This document shows, piece by piece, positions 19,761 through 29,994 of a stretch of 64,000 nt of DNA; the first letter of the stretch is position 1; each line of letters starts with the position of its first letter. The stretch lies in NCBI GenBank assembly GCA_963744995.1, contig CAVUWA010000009.1, positions 96,001 through 160,000 on the forward strand, given 5' to 3'. The stretch comes from Candidatus Eiseniibacteriota bacterium. GTDB taxonomy: Bacteria > Eisenbacteria > RBG-16-71-46. The translations under genes and the position numbers were made by a program. The notes below the pieces were generated by a model. That model did no database searches and was not told the origin of the DNA. It saw only the letters and a list, made by a program, of their open reading frames with translations.

Positions 19761-22055
19761 ATGAACACTTCCCTGATCCTCGCGACGCTCAACATGGCGC
19801 TGGGCGGGCTGGTCTTCCTCCTGGGGTTCGTGATCCTGCGCGAGAATCCGGCGCAGCGCCTGAACCGCGTCGTGGCCCTGATGCTGTTCTTCGGCGGCCT
19901 CGGCGCGATCCTCGCAGCGACGGCGTTCCTGTCGTCGGTGTCCTCGCGCGCCGACGTCGCGCAGGCGGGCGGCGACGTGCTGCAGAACGTCGCCTACGTG
20001 TGGGAGTTCTACTTCCCGACGATCTTCCTGTTCGCGAACATCTTCCCCTACGAGCGCGCCTGGGTGCGCCGTCCGCCGTGGCGCCCGTGGGGGATCTGGA
20101 CGCCCGGGTTCATCGCGCTGATCTTCGCGCCGCACGTGTTCCACTTCCTGCTCATGCTCGTGCTCACCGTGTGGAAGCCGGTGATCGCGATCCCGCATAC
20201 CGGCATGCTGCAGTACCTGGCGCCGCTCGCGGCGGTGATCGAACTGGTGATCCAGCTGTTCCTGCTCGTCCATCAGGGGCTGTTCTCGCTCGTCAACCTG
20301 GGCTTCGGGGTGGCGGCGATGATGATCCTGTTCGCGAGCCTCCGGCGCGCGCGGGTCAAGCGTCTCAAGCTGCAGCTCCGGGTGATCGCGGTCGGGCTGA
20401 GCGCCTCGCTGATCCTCTACGTGATGGCAACCTCGATCCCGACGCTGTTCAACTTCGAGATCCCGGAGTCGCTGCGCTCGATCCTCACGATCGCCGCGCT
20501 CACGCTCGGCCCGGGCTCGATCGCGTACTCGATCGTGCGTTACAAATTTCTCGACGCGAAGCTGCTCGCGCGACGCGGCATCCTCTACGCGCTGGCGTCC
20601 GCACTGGTCGTGGGCCTCTACCTGCTGGTGGTCGGCCAGCTGAACCAGGAGCTGGCGCGCCGGACCGGCCTCGACGCGCGCATCTTCGAGCCGGTGTTCC
20701 TGATCGTCGCGCTCGCGCTGTTCCACCCGGTGGTGGTGAAGCTCGAGGAGTCGCTCGACCAGATGTTCATGAAGGACCCGGGCGACTACCGCAACGTGCT
20801 GCGCCAGCTCGGCCGCGAGCTGCAGACCACGATCGATCTCGAGACGCTGCTCTCGCGCACGATCGGCACGCTCGCCGAGGCGCTGCTCGCGCGCCGCTCG
20901 GCAATCGTCGTGTTCGGCGGCGGTGCGCCGATCGTGCGCTGGGCGGGCGACCCGCCGCCCGCCGACGTCGAGCGCCGCGTCGCCGCCGCGGTCGCGGACG
21001 TGCGCGACGAGGCGCCGGCTTCGCGGCTCACCGACCGCATCGCGGGCCTCGATCCGGAGCCGCAGGCGTTCCTTGCGGGCGAGCTGGGCTTCGCGCTGCT
21101 CGTGCCGCTCGTGTGGCGCGACGAACGGGTCGGGATGATCCTGCTCGGCGAGAAGGTGCTGGGCACCGAGTACACCTCGGAGGACGAGCACCTGGTGACC
21201 TCGCTCGCGGCGCAGGTCTCGGTCTCGCTGCAGAACGCGCTGCTGATGCGCGATCGCCTGCAGATCGCCCGCATCGAGGAGGAAATGAACCTGGCGCGCG
21301 ACATCCAGCGCAACTCGCTGCGCAGCGAGTTCCCGGTGATGCCGCGCTGCGAGGTGTACGCGCTGTACATCCCGTCGCGCCACGTGGGTGGTGACTTCTA
21401 CGACGTGGTCGAAGCGTCGGACGGCAGCCATCTGGTCGCGATCGGCGACGTGTCGGGCAAGGGCATGCCGGCGGCGCTGCTGTCGGCGATGCTGCAGGCG
21501 TCGCTGCGCACGCAGGCGCGCAGCGTGCCGGCGCTGCGGGACATCCTGCGCAACATCAATTCGCTGCTGTTCCACAGCACCGGCAGCCATCAGTTCGCAA
21601 CCTTCTTCCTGGCCCGCGTGGACGGCGAGCGCCTGCGCGTGTCGTTCTCGAACGCAGGGCACAACTGGCCGTTCATCGTGCGGAAGAACGGCGAGCGGGT
21701 GCTGCTCGAGAAAGGCGGCACGATTCTCGGCATCCTGGACGGAATCGATTTCGAGGAGGCGCAGGTGCCGCTGGCCCCCGGAGACGTGATGGTGCTGTAC
21801 ACCGACGGCATCAGCGAGGCTGCGAATCCGGCCGGCGAGCTGTACGGCGAGGAGCGCCTCTACGCCGGGCTCGACGGGCTGCCGGAGGGCCTCACGGCGC
21901 GCGAGATCGCGGAGCGCCTGCTCGCCGACGTGCGTGCGTTCCTGGACGGCGTCGACGCCCAGGACGACATCACGATCGTCGTGCTGCGCGTGACTGAGCC
22001 CGCCGGCGTTGCGGCGCCGCCGGCCGCGGAGCCGGTCGCGGCCGAGAGCGTGTGA
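19761..22055 (+). CDS. Multi-pass membrane PP2C/SpoIIE-type phosphatase with GAF domain (RsbU-like)
   Basis: About 9 hydrophobic helices, a GAF-like segment (LLVPL..VGMILLG..YTSED), VGGDFYD, IGDVSGKG, NAGH, LYTDGISEA, QDDIT. Alternative start at 19716. Confidence 0.9.
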   Translation: MNTSLILATLNMALGGLVFLLGFVILRENPAQRLNRVVALMLFFGGLGAILAATAFLSSVSSRADVAQAGGDVLQNVAYVWEFYFPTIFLFANIFPYERAWVRRPPWRPWGIWTPGFIALIFAPHVFHFLLMLVLTVWKPVIAIPHTGMLQYLAPLAAVIELVIQLFLLVHQGLFSLVNLGFGVAAMMILFASLRRARVKRLKLQLRVIAVGLSASLILYVMATSIPTLFNFEIPESLRSILTIAALTLGPGSIAYSIVRYKFLDAKLLARRGILYALASALVVGLYLLVVGQLNQELARRTGLDARIFEPVFLIVALALFHPVVVKLEESLDQMFMKDPGDYRNVLRQLGRELQTTIDLETLLSRTIGTLAEALLARRSAIVVFGGGAPIVRWAGDPPPADVERRVAAAVADVRDEAPASRLTDRIAGLDPEPQAFLAGELGFALLVPLVWRDERVGMILLGEKVLGTEYTSEDEHLVTSLAAQVSVSLQNALLMRDRLQIARIEEEMNLARDIQRNSLRSEFPVMPRCEVYALYIPSRHVGGDFYDVVEASDGSHLVAIGDVSGKGMPAALLSAMLQASLRTQARSVPALRDILRNINSLLFHSTGSHQFATFFLARVDGERLRVSFSNAGHNWPFIVRKNGERVLLEKGGTILGILDGIDFEEAQVPLAPGDVMVLYTDGISEAANPAGELYGEERLYAGLDGLPEGLTAREIAERLLADVRAFLDGVDAQDDITIVVLRVTEPAGVAAPPAAEPVAAESV

Positions 22056-23210
22056 TCAGCGCGGCGCCTTCACGATCCGGTAGACGTCGCCTTCGAGCGT
22101 GAGCACGTAGGCCTCGCGGTCGCCGCCCTCGCCGAACGAGCTGATCGAGCCGACCCGGGCCGGCACCCACGTGCGGCGCTCGATCGCGCGCCCGTCCGCC
22201 CAGCGGAAGCCGCGGATCCAGCCGCCGCAGTAGTCGGCGTACAGGTAGACCCCGTCGAGCGCCGGCACGCCACGGCCGCGGTAGACCAGGCCGCCGGTGA
22301 TCGAACAGCCCTCGCCGTGGCCGTAATCGAGCACGGGGCGCGTGAGCCCGGCCGTGTCGCAGTCGGCGGTACGGAAGCAGTGGTCGCCCTCCATGACGTT
22401 CCAGCCGTAGTCGAGCCCGGCGGCATCGAGCGGCGCCACGTCCACCTCTTCCCAGCGGTTCTGGCCGACGTCGGCGACGTAGAGCCGCCGCGTCTCGGGG
22501 TCGATCCACAGGCGCCAGGGGTTGCGCACGCCGATCGCCCAGATCTCCGCGCGGCCGCCGCCCGCGCTGAACGGATTGCCGGGAGGGATCGCGTAGGGCA
22601 CCTTGCCGTCGCCCGCGCCGCGCACGTCGAGGCGCAGGATCTTGCCGAGCAGCGTGCGCGGGTTCTGCCCGTTGCCGTGCGGATCGTTGGCGCTGCCGCC
22701 GTCGCCCATCCCCGCGTAGAGCAGCCCGTCGGGGCCGAAGATCAGGTGTCCGCCGTTGTGATTCGCGTAGGGCTGCTCGACCGTCAGCACCGTGCGCGCG
22801 CTCGCCGGGTCGGCGATGTCGGGATCGCCCGACACCGTGAAGCGCACGATCTCCGTTTCGCCGCGCGAGCCGGTGTAGTTGGCGAAGAAGCGGCCGTTCC
22901 TGGCGTAGTGCGGATCGAAGGCCAGGCTCAGCAGGCCGCGCTCGCCGCCCGAGCGCACGCGATCGGTGAGATCCAGGAACGGTTTCGCCAGCAGGCGGCC
23001 GCCGGCGACGATCCGGATGCGGCCGGGCTGCTCGACGACGAACAGGCGCGGGTCGCCGGCGGGCGCGGTGAGATGAACCGGCCGGTCGAGGCCGGACGCC
23101 ACCCTCTGCAGCGCGATGCCGTCGCCGGCGACCGCGTCGGCGGAACGCGCCTGGCATCCGGCGGTGGTGACGAGTGCGAAGACCATGCATGCGAACACGT
23201 GCGCGCGCAT
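22056..23210 (-). CDS. PQQ-dependent sugar dehydrogenase (glucose/sorbosone dehydrogenase family) lipoprotein
   Basis: Lipobox TAGC, GERGLL, NHNGG, GDGG, GKILRLD, GVRNPWR, ADVGQ, GEGCSITGG. Confidence 0.9.
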   Translation of the reverse strand: MRAHVFACMVFALVTTAGCQARSADAVAGDGIALQRVASGLDRPVHLTAPAGDPRLFVVEQPGRIRIVAGGRLLAKPFLDLTDRVRSGGERGLLSLAFDPHYARNGRFFANYTGSRGETEIVRFTVSGDPDIADPASARTVLTVEQPYANHNGGHLIFGPDGLLYAGMGDGGSANDPHGNGQNPRTLLGKILRLDVRGAGDGKVPYAIPPGNPFSAGGGRAEIWAIGVRNPWRLWIDPETRRLYVADVGQNRWEEVDVAPLDAAGLDYGWNVMEGDHCFRTADCDTAGLTRPVLDYGHGEGCSITGGLVYRGRGVPALDGVYLYADYCGGWIRGFRWADGRAIERRTWVPARVGSISSFGEGGDREAYVLTLEGDVYRIVKAPR

Positions 23211-23316
23211 CACATCCTCCCTGCGGACTCAGGCCGGGACCGACAGTGGAGGATGCGCGGGGCCGCAGGAGGGGTCAACCGGGCCGCCCGGCGCTGCGGC
23301 GGCCGCGCAGCGGGCG

Positions 23317-24888
23317 TCAGGGTGCCGCCGCCGCGGCGCGTGCGAGATCGGCGGCGTTGACGATCCGGGTCCGGCCCGCGACGTCGTAGAGCGCGATCCA
23401 CGCCGAATCCGGCACCACCGGGCGGACGATGAAGCGCACGTCGCGCACCGCCGGCGCGAACAGCCGCACGGCGAGGCCGCCGTAGAGCGCGCTCTGGACG
23501 TTGCGCTCCCAGTAGGTGGGGCGGGTCGAATCGGCGGCGGCCAGCGCGCGGGCGTCGGGCGAATAGAAGTAGAGCGTGACGCCCGCGGGCAGGTGTGCGG
23601 CATCGAGGCCCGCGCGCACCCGTGCAGCGATGAGGGCACGGTCGACGATCGGCTCGGCGCGCAGGTCGGCGCGGCCGAATGGCTGCGTCTCGATCTTGCG
23701 CACGAGCAGGGCCCCGTTCACCGTGAACGCGAGGGCGAAGAGCGCCGCCAGCGCCCAGCCGATGGCCGCGGCCCGGCCGGCCGGCCGCATCGGCGCGCCC
23801 CGCTGCCGGCGCTCCAGGGGGTCGCGATCGGTGCCGCCCGCCATCCAGGCCGCGCCGGCGTCCACGAGCGCGGCGACCGCGACCGCAGCGCCCGCCAGCG
23901 CGCCGTAGAGGTAGTAGTGGTAGGTGTGGTGGCGGAGCGGCACGACCGGCGCGATCAGCACGGCGTACAGGATTGCGCCGTGCAGCCAGCCGCGGCGGGC
24001 GAGCGCGGGCACGAACGCGAGGCCGGCCCAGAGGAGCAGCAACCCCGCGCCCCACCTGAACGCAGACGGGTCTATCGCGTCCGACCAGCCGTGCACGGAC
24101 GGCAGCCAGAGGTTCGCGGTCCAGCCGAGGTAGGTGGCGAGGTTGGCCACCAGGTGCGCGCCGACGCCGATCGTGTACGGCTCGGCGCCCGCTGCCGGCA
24201 CCGCGAGCCGGTTCTGGATCGCGAAGTAGACCCCGTAGAGCACCGCGAGCACGAGCATCGCGACGAGCGCGCCGTCCAGCACCGGGCCCCCGGAGCCCGG
24301 GCGGGCGTCGCGCCTGCGGTCGAGCAGGCGCCAGGCCACGATCGCGAGCGGCAGCAGCAGGACCGACTCCTTGCAGAGCAGCGCGAGCGCGAAGGCGGCC
24401 GGCGCGAGCCAGCGCGTCCGGCCGCGCGCCGCGGCCCACTCGAGCGCGAGCAGCGCGAACACCAACGCCCACAGGTCGCCGATGGTCGAGACCCAGTAGA
24501 CGGCGGTGAACGAGGCGGGATGCGTGGCGAAGAACACGGCGCCGGCGAATGCCGCGGGGCGGCCGGTGAAGCGCAGGATCAGCCGATAGACCAGCACGCC
24601 GGCGAGCGCGTGTCCGGCGAGGCTCGCGAGGTGGTAGGGCAGCGCGTGCAGGTCGGCGAGCGGCCGCATCACGTCGAAGAAACCCTGCAGTGCGAGCCAG
24701 CGCCACGGCTGTACGAAGCGCGGCAGCAGTCCCGCGGCCCGGCCGAGCGCCGCGAAATCGTCCTGCGAAAAGCCGTACGCGGTGGCACCCCGGAACACGA
24801 GGACCGCAGCGCACACGATCAGCAGGCCGGCGGCGAGATCCGGCGCCTTGACAGCGGCGCGGGGCCCGGGGTTCCCTACGGCTGCCAT
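23317..24888 (-). CDS. Polytopic membrane protein, GT-C glycosyltransferase-like
   Basis: N-terminal DD motif (FSQDDF), YHLASLAGH, FFATHP...AVYW, ALLCKES, and many TM helices. Confidence 0.65.
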   Translation of the reverse strand: MAAVGNPGPRAAVKAPDLAAGLLIVCAAVLVFRGATAYGFSQDDFAALGRAAGLLPRFVQPWRWLALQGFFDVMRPLADLHALPYHLASLAGHALAGVLVYRLILRFTGRPAAFAGAVFFATHPASFTAVYWVSTIGDLWALVFALLALEWAAARGRTRWLAPAAFALALLCKESVLLLPLAIVAWRLLDRRRDARPGSGGPVLDGALVAMLVLAVLYGVYFAIQNRLAVPAAGAEPYTIGVGAHLVANLATYLGWTANLWLPSVHGWSDAIDPSAFRWGAGLLLLWAGLAFVPALARRGWLHGAILYAVLIAPVVPLRHHTYHYYLYGALAGAAVAVAALVDAGAAWMAGGTDRDPLERRQRGAPMRPAGRAAAIGWALAALFALAFTVNGALLVRKIETQPFGRADLRAEPIVDRALIAARVRAGLDAAHLPAGVTLYFYSPDARALAAADSTRPTYWERNVQSALYGGLAVRLFAPAVRDVRFIVRPVVPDSAWIALYDVAGRTRIVNAADLARAAAAAP

Positions 24889-24956
24889 GGCAGCCGACGC
24901 CGTGGCGCGTCAGAGGGCCCCGCGCCCCGTTCCACAGACGGCCGGACGAGGACACG

Positions 24957-25457
24957 ATGGAAACCCTCTTCGACGAACCGATGGTGCGCTTCGGCACCTC
25001 CGGAACCCTGATTCTCGCCTACGGGCTCGCCGACGGCTGGGCGCGGCGCGCGGGCCGCCACCGTCCCCAGCGCCTGCCCGGCGCCGCGTGGGTACGCGCG
25101 ATCCTGTTCGTTTCGATCACGCTCTTCTACCTGCTGATCGGCCCCACGGGGGCCACGTTGTTCGGCGGGTTCGGCAACGCGATCGGCATCCTCGGCGTGC
25201 TGGCCGCGGCCCTCCTGCGCATCGCGCTCAAAGACGGCGATCCGCGCATTCGCTATCCGGAGGTCGCGACGCGGGTGCTGTTCTACGCCGCGCTGCCGCT
25301 CGCGGTCGGCGTACCGCTCGGCTGGCTCGCACTCTCGCTGCCGGCCGCACTGGTCTCGGGCGTCGTGACCGTCCGGGCGGATCGCAGCGGCAGCACGGCG
25401 GCGCACGGCGAGGCCGGATCCCTGCGCTCGTTCCGCTGGGTCCCCGGCCTCTGGTAA
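24957..25457 (+). CDS. Hypothetical membrane protein
   Basis: GAGGA RBS, 4-5 hydrophobic helices, and it fills the intergenic gap. Confidence 0.6.
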   Translation: METLFDEPMVRFGTSGTLILAYGLADGWARRAGRHRPQRLPGAAWVRAILFVSITLFYLLIGPTGATLFGGFGNAIGILGVLAAALLRIALKDGDPRIRYPEVATRVLFYAALPLAVGVPLGWLALSLPAALVSGVVTVRADRSGSTAAHGEAGSLRSFRWVPGLW

Positions 25458-25534
25458 CCGGACGGCGCACCCTGCGCGCCGCGTGATTCGTCGCCGCCCG
25501 GACACAGGTCCACCGTTGCGACGTCGCATCGGCT

Positions 25535-26815
25535 CTAGAACTGGTGCTCCTCGGTGGAATCCTTGAGGGCCGCGGTCGAGGTCTCGCCTGCGCTGATCAC
25601 GTTGGCGAGCGCATCGAAATAGCCCGCGCCCACGAATGCCTGATGTCGGACGGCCCCGTAGCCGTCCTCCTTGTGCGCGGCGAACTCGCTGTCCTGCAGC
25701 CTCGCATAGGCGGTCATCGCTTCGTCCCGGTAGCCGGTCGCGAGCTCGTGCATGGCCAGGTTCAGGGAGTGGAAACCGGCGAGCGTGATGAACTGGAACG
25801 CGTAGCCCATCGCGCCCAGCTCGCGCTGGAACTTCGCGATCGTCGCTGCGTCGAGCTTCGCCGACCAGTTGAACGAAGGCGAGCAGTTGTACGTCAGCAT
25901 CTTGTCCGGGAACGACGCATGGATGGCATCGGCGAAGCGGCGCGCTTCTTCCAGGTCCGGCGTCGACGTCTCGCACCAGAGCATGTCGGCATACGGCGCG
26001 TAGGCAAGGCCGCGCGCGATGGCCTGGTCGAGGCCGTTGTTCACGCGATAGAAGCCCTCGGCGGTGCGCTCGCCGGTCATGAAACCGTGGTCACGCGGAT
26101 CCACGTCGCTGGTGAGCAGGCCCGCGCTGTTGGCGTCGGTGCGCGCCACCAGCACCGTGGGCACGTCGAGAACGTCGGAAGCGAGTCGTGCCGCGCGCAG
26201 CTTCTGCACGAACTCACGGGTCGGCACCAGCACCTTGCCGCCCATGTGGCCGCACTTCTTGACCGACGCGAGCTGGTCCTCGAAGTGGACCCCGGCGGCG
26301 CCTGCTTCGATCATCGACTTCATCAACTCGAAGGCGTTGAGGTCGCCGCCGAAGCCGGCCTCGGCATCGGCCACGATCGGCACGAACCAGTCGTGCCGCG
26401 CTTCGCCGTGCTGCACGACGTCGATCTGATCGGCGCGCGCCAGAGCCCGGTTGATCCGGGCGACGAGCGCCGGGGCGCTGTCGACCGGGTAGAGGCTCTG
26501 ATCGGGGTACATCTGCCCCGCGGTGTTGGCGTCGGCCGCGATCTGCCAGCCGCTCACGTAGATCGCGCCGAGCCCGGCCGCGACCTGCTGCACCGCCTGG
26601 TTGCCGGTGAGCGCGCCGAGCGCGCGGACCGGCGGGTGGCCGGTGCAGGCCTCCCAGAGGCGGGTGGCGCCGCGGCGGGCGAGGGTGTGCTCGATCGCCA
26701 CGCTGCCGCGCAGGCGGACCACGTCATCGGCGGTGTAGTCGCGCTGAATGCCCTTCCAGCGGGGCTCGTGGGCCCACGACTTCTGAATGTCGGCTGCACT
26801 CCGGTGGGGGATCAT
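25535..26815 (-). CDS. aceA: Isocitrate lyase
   Basis: [33 protein letters not shown] catalytic motif, [17 protein letters not shown]-terminus. Confidence 0.97.
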   Translation of the reverse strand: MIPHRSAADIQKSWAHEPRWKGIQRDYTADDVVRLRGSVAIEHTLARRGATRLWEACTGHPPVRALGALTGNQAVQQVAAGLGAIYVSGWQIAADANTAGQMYPDQSLYPVDSAPALVARINRALARADQIDVVQHGEARHDWFVPIVADAEAGFGGDLNAFELMKSMIEAGAAGVHFEDQLASVKKCGHMGGKVLVPTREFVQKLRAARLASDVLDVPTVLVARTDANSAGLLTSDVDPRDHGFMTGERTAEGFYRVNNGLDQAIARGLAYAPYADMLWCETSTPDLEEARRFADAIHASFPDKMLTYNCSPSFNWSAKLDAATIAKFQRELGAMGYAFQFITLAGFHSLNLAMHELATGYRDEAMTAYARLQDSEFAAHKEDGYGAVRHQAFVGAGYFDALANVISAGETSTAALKDSTEEHQF

Positions 26816-26905
26816 GTCGGTCTCCTCATATCTGGATGGCGCAACGGGTTAACGCTGCTGCCTCACGTGGCTCCAGAGGTCCGGCGGCGGCCGCTCCGAC
26901 GCCTG

Positions 26906-28462
26906 TCATTCAGGGTCGAATCGGCCTGCCGTGATGATTTCTTCACTGATCTCGCGCGCCCGCTTGAGGCTCGCCCGGTCGCCGGTGTCCACCGCCGCAC
27001 CGAGCTCGGCCACCAGGCGCGCGAGCTCCTCGTCGAAGAGCCGCGAGACGAACGCGGCATCGTGACGGCAGGGGGCGCCGTCTTCGTCCTCGATGCGCAC
27101 CGCGTCCCGGTGCTGAATGCGCTGCGCGATCATCAGGCGGTAGATGCGGTCGGTGGCGAGATCCTCCATGTAGCCGTCGAGCAGGCTCGCGCCACGGCCG
27201 TTGACGACGCCGTTGCGGTAGCGGATCACGGTGCGGACCGCGGCCCGGGTGCCCGCCACCGAGCGCCGGCCGACCCCCGCCGGAATCGGCCGCAGATCCG
27301 GATAGCGTTCGATCCCCTGCGGGCGCCGCTCGAGCTGGTTCGGCGCGGGAAACTGCGCGACCGCGATGTCGTTCTGATCGGGGTGGCCCGTCCAGGCGCC
27401 GTCCATGAAGCAGGACGCCTCGTTGCGCTTGTCCTTTTCCAGCACGTCGAGCGCGCGCGCGTTGAGCTCGGGGTCCTCGCGGCTCGGATACAGCGCGGTC
27501 ATGCCGCCGATCGCGAGCGCACCGCGCCGGTGGCAGATGTCGGCGAGCAGCAGCCGCAGGCGCTGGAAGAACGGCACGTCGTGCGGAATCGTGTTGCGGT
27601 CGGGCAGCACCCACTCCGGGTCCGCGCGCGTGAAATCGATGAGGCTCGCCATGTAGTCCCAGCGGCCGAGATTCAGGCCGAGGATGTGATCGCGCAGATG
27701 GAACAGGAACTCTTCCATCTCGTAGGCGAGCGGATGGCTCTCGACGAGGGCCATGCAGCGGATCGACTCGGCGGGCCAGCCGCGCGCCGCGGCGAGCGCG
27801 GCGAATACGTCGGCCCACCAGAGCGCCTCTTCGGCGGACTCCGACTTGGGAATGTAGAAGGCGAGGGGGTGCCGCAGGGCGTCCGGGTCCACGCCGTGCA
27901 CGATCCGTGCGAGGTCGTAGAGCGACGCCGGCGTGACCTCGCCGGGGACGACGCCTCGCTGACCCGAGGTGGAGTCCCGCGCACACGGCTGAAGATCACC
28001 GTGGATCGAGGGGCGGATCGCGACGCGGCCGCCTCGTTTCGCATCCTCGTAGGTGAGTGCGCCGCGCAGAGCCGCCAGGATGTTCGCGATGCCCTGCTCC
28101 AGCGCGTCCCAGGTGTTGGCCATCGAGTCTTCGAGGTCCAGCATCACACCGGGAGCGCCGGAGTTGAGCATCTTCACCACCAGTTCCGCATCATCGGCGG
28201 GCCCGGTCATCTGGTTGCGCTGATCGAGGCACCACCCGGGGATCTCGATCCGCCAGTTGCTCGTGGTCGCGTCGGAGGCCGGCAGATGGTCGGGCATCCG
28301 CCCCGCATGCGCGGCCGCCAGGCGCTCGTGGCGCGTCGCCACGAGCGCGTCACGGCGGGCGGCGAAGGCGCGATGCAGCGGGGCGTAGAAGGCGGCGAAG
28401 CCGGCCGGCAGGTCGCGGGCCGGGTCGAATCCCTTCGGTGCACCGTTCATTCCATGACCCAT
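26906..28462 (-). CDS. aceB: Malate synthase A-type; in frame but locally scrambled at about 27963-28006
   Basis: QMTGPA, MLDLEDS, YIPK, LNLGRWDYMAS, AIGGM, DGAWTGHP, MEDLAT. AAGGAG RBS. Adjacent to aceA. Confidence 0.92.
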   Translation of the reverse strand: MGHGMNGAPKGFDPARDLPAGFAAFYAPLHRAFAARRDALVATRHERLAAAHAGRMPDHLPASDATTSNWRIEIPGWCLDQRNQMTGPADDAELVVKMLNSGAPGVMLDLEDSMANTWDALEQGIANILAALRGALTYEDAKRGGRVAIRPSIHGDLQPCARDSTSGQRGVVPGEVTPASLYDLARIVHGVDPDALRHPLAFYIPKSESAEEALWWADVFAALAAARGWPAESIRCMALVESHPLAYEMEEFLFHLRDHILGLNLGRWDYMASLIDFTRADPEWVLPDRNTIPHDVPFFQRLRLLLADICHRRGALAIGGMTALYPSREDPELNARALDVLEKDKRNEASCFMDGAWTGHPDQNDIAVAQFPAPNQLERRPQGIERYPDLRPIPAGVGRRSVAGTRAAVRTVIRYRNGVVNGRGASLLDGYMEDLATDRIYRLMIAQRIQHRDAVRIEDEDGAPCRHDAAFVSRLFDEELARLVAELGAAVDTGDRASLKRAREISEEIITAGRFDPE

Positions 28463-28606
28463 CGAACGCTCCTTGGGGGCTCGGGCGCGGTCGCCGGCGT
28501 CGTGGACGCGATGCGGTGGCCCGCAGCGCTGGACGCACGCGACGGGGGACCGCGTCCGGCGGTGATCGAGGCGCTGAGCGGCCTCGCGCGTCGCGAAGAC
28601 GGACCG

Positions 28607-28615
28607 AGTATAGCA
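28607..28615 (-). promoter_or_regulatory. Extended -10 promoter element (TGcTATACT) upstream of aceBA
   Basis: Near-consensus TGnTATAAT in a GC-rich intergenic region, about 145 nt before aceB. Confidence 0.5.
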
Positions 28616-28700
28616 GCCTCTCCGGACATGCGCCGGTGCGCCCGCCTTAGGCGCCCGCGGGGCGCTTGACGCCGGGCGGAGGAGGGAGAATCGTGACGCC

Positions 28701-29762
28701 ATGCCGATGCGTGACGCGCAGCGCCCGCTGGTCGAGCGGTTCGCCGGGTTCGCCCTGGCCGCGGTCGCACGCGAATATCCGAACCACTTGAGCCTGCATC
28801 TGGAGAGCGACGCGGACCTCGCGCCGCCGCACGTGCTGACCCCGGCGTTCTTCGGGGCGTTCGACTGGCACTCGGCGGTCCACGGTCACTGGACGCTGGC
28901 GCGCGCGGCGCGGCTGCTCGTCGAGGGTGAAGTGGCCGCCGCCGCGCGGCGCGCCCTCGAGCGGAGCCTGTCCGCCGATCGTCTGCAGGCCGAGCTGCGC
29001 TTTCTCGGCGCGCCCGGTCGCGCCGGATTCGAGCGGCCGTACGGCCTCGCGTGGCTGCTGCAGCTGGCCCTCGAGCTGCGCGAGTGGGAGGACCCGGATG
29101 CGGCGCGCTGGGTCGGCGCGCTCGCCCCGCTCGAGGCGCACGCGGCGCGGGTGCTGGGGTCCTGGCTCGCGACGCTGCCGTGGCCGGTGCGCGGCGGCGA
29201 GCACGCCCAGACCGCGTTCGCGCTCGGGCTCGTCCACGACTGGGCACGCGGCACGGGCGAGACCGCGCTCAGCGCGCTGATCGAAGCGCGCGCGCGGGAC
29301 TGGTTCGAGGACGATCACGATGCGCCGATCGCCTACGAGCCTTCGGGTCACGACTTTCTCTCGCCCGTGCTCGGCGAGGCCGATCTCATGCGTCGCGTGT
29401 TCCTGCCGCGGCGCTTCTCCACCTGGCTGTCGTCGTTCCTGCCTCCGCTGGCGACGCCGGCGGCCCGGCGCTGGCTCGTGCCGGTGGAGTCGCCGGATCC
29501 CGCCGACGGCAAGCTCTCGCATCTCGACGGTCTCAACCTGAGCAGGGCCTGGATGCTCGAGGGGGTCGCCGCGGCGCTGCCCGACGGCGACCCGCGGATC
29601 CTGCCGCTGCGCGAAGCGGCCGGGCGTCACCGGGTGCGCGGCCTCGCCGCGCTCGACGAGGGGCGCTATGCGGGGGCCCACTGGCTGGGCTCGTTCGCAA
29701 TGTACCTGGTGACCCGCCGCGGGCGGGCGCCCTCGTCGCTGCGCCCGGGCGACCCGGGCTAG
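28701..29762 (+). CDS. DUF2891 family protein
   Basis: REYPNH, PAFFGAFDWHSAVHGHW, FERPYGLAWLL, EPSGHDFLSP, HLDGLNLSRAW, HWLGSFA. Confidence 0.85.
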   Translation: MPMRDAQRPLVERFAGFALAAVAREYPNHLSLHLESDADLAPPHVLTPAFFGAFDWHSAVHGHWTLARAARLLVEGEVAAAARRALERSLSADRLQAELRFLGAPGRAGFERPYGLAWLLQLALELREWEDPDAARWVGALAPLEAHAARVLGSWLATLPWPVRGGEHAQTAFALGLVHDWARGTGETALSALIEARARDWFEDDHDAPIAYEPSGHDFLSPVLGEADLMRRVFLPRRFSTWLSSFLPPLATPAARRWLVPVESPDPADGKLSHLDGLNLSRAWMLEGVAAALPDGDPRILPLREAAGRHRVRGLAALDEGRYAGAHWLGSFAMYLVTRRGRAPSSLRPGDPG

Positions 29763-29994
29763 GGCCCGGGGCCGGAGCGAGTCTCCTTTCGGATCATAGA
29801 CACCCCTCCGGGCCGCCCTATGCTGGAGCCGGTTCGAGGATCCGCCGGCGTGGCCCGCCGCCTGCGCCCCCGAGCCGGAACGACACCGCAGCGCCCACTT
29901 TCCCGTAGCGGGACTGCGGTCTGCGGGCGGGCGCCCCTGCCACGTTTCTCCGCCGTGCCGGAGCGCTCCGTGGCATGCCCCGGAGGTCTCATCG

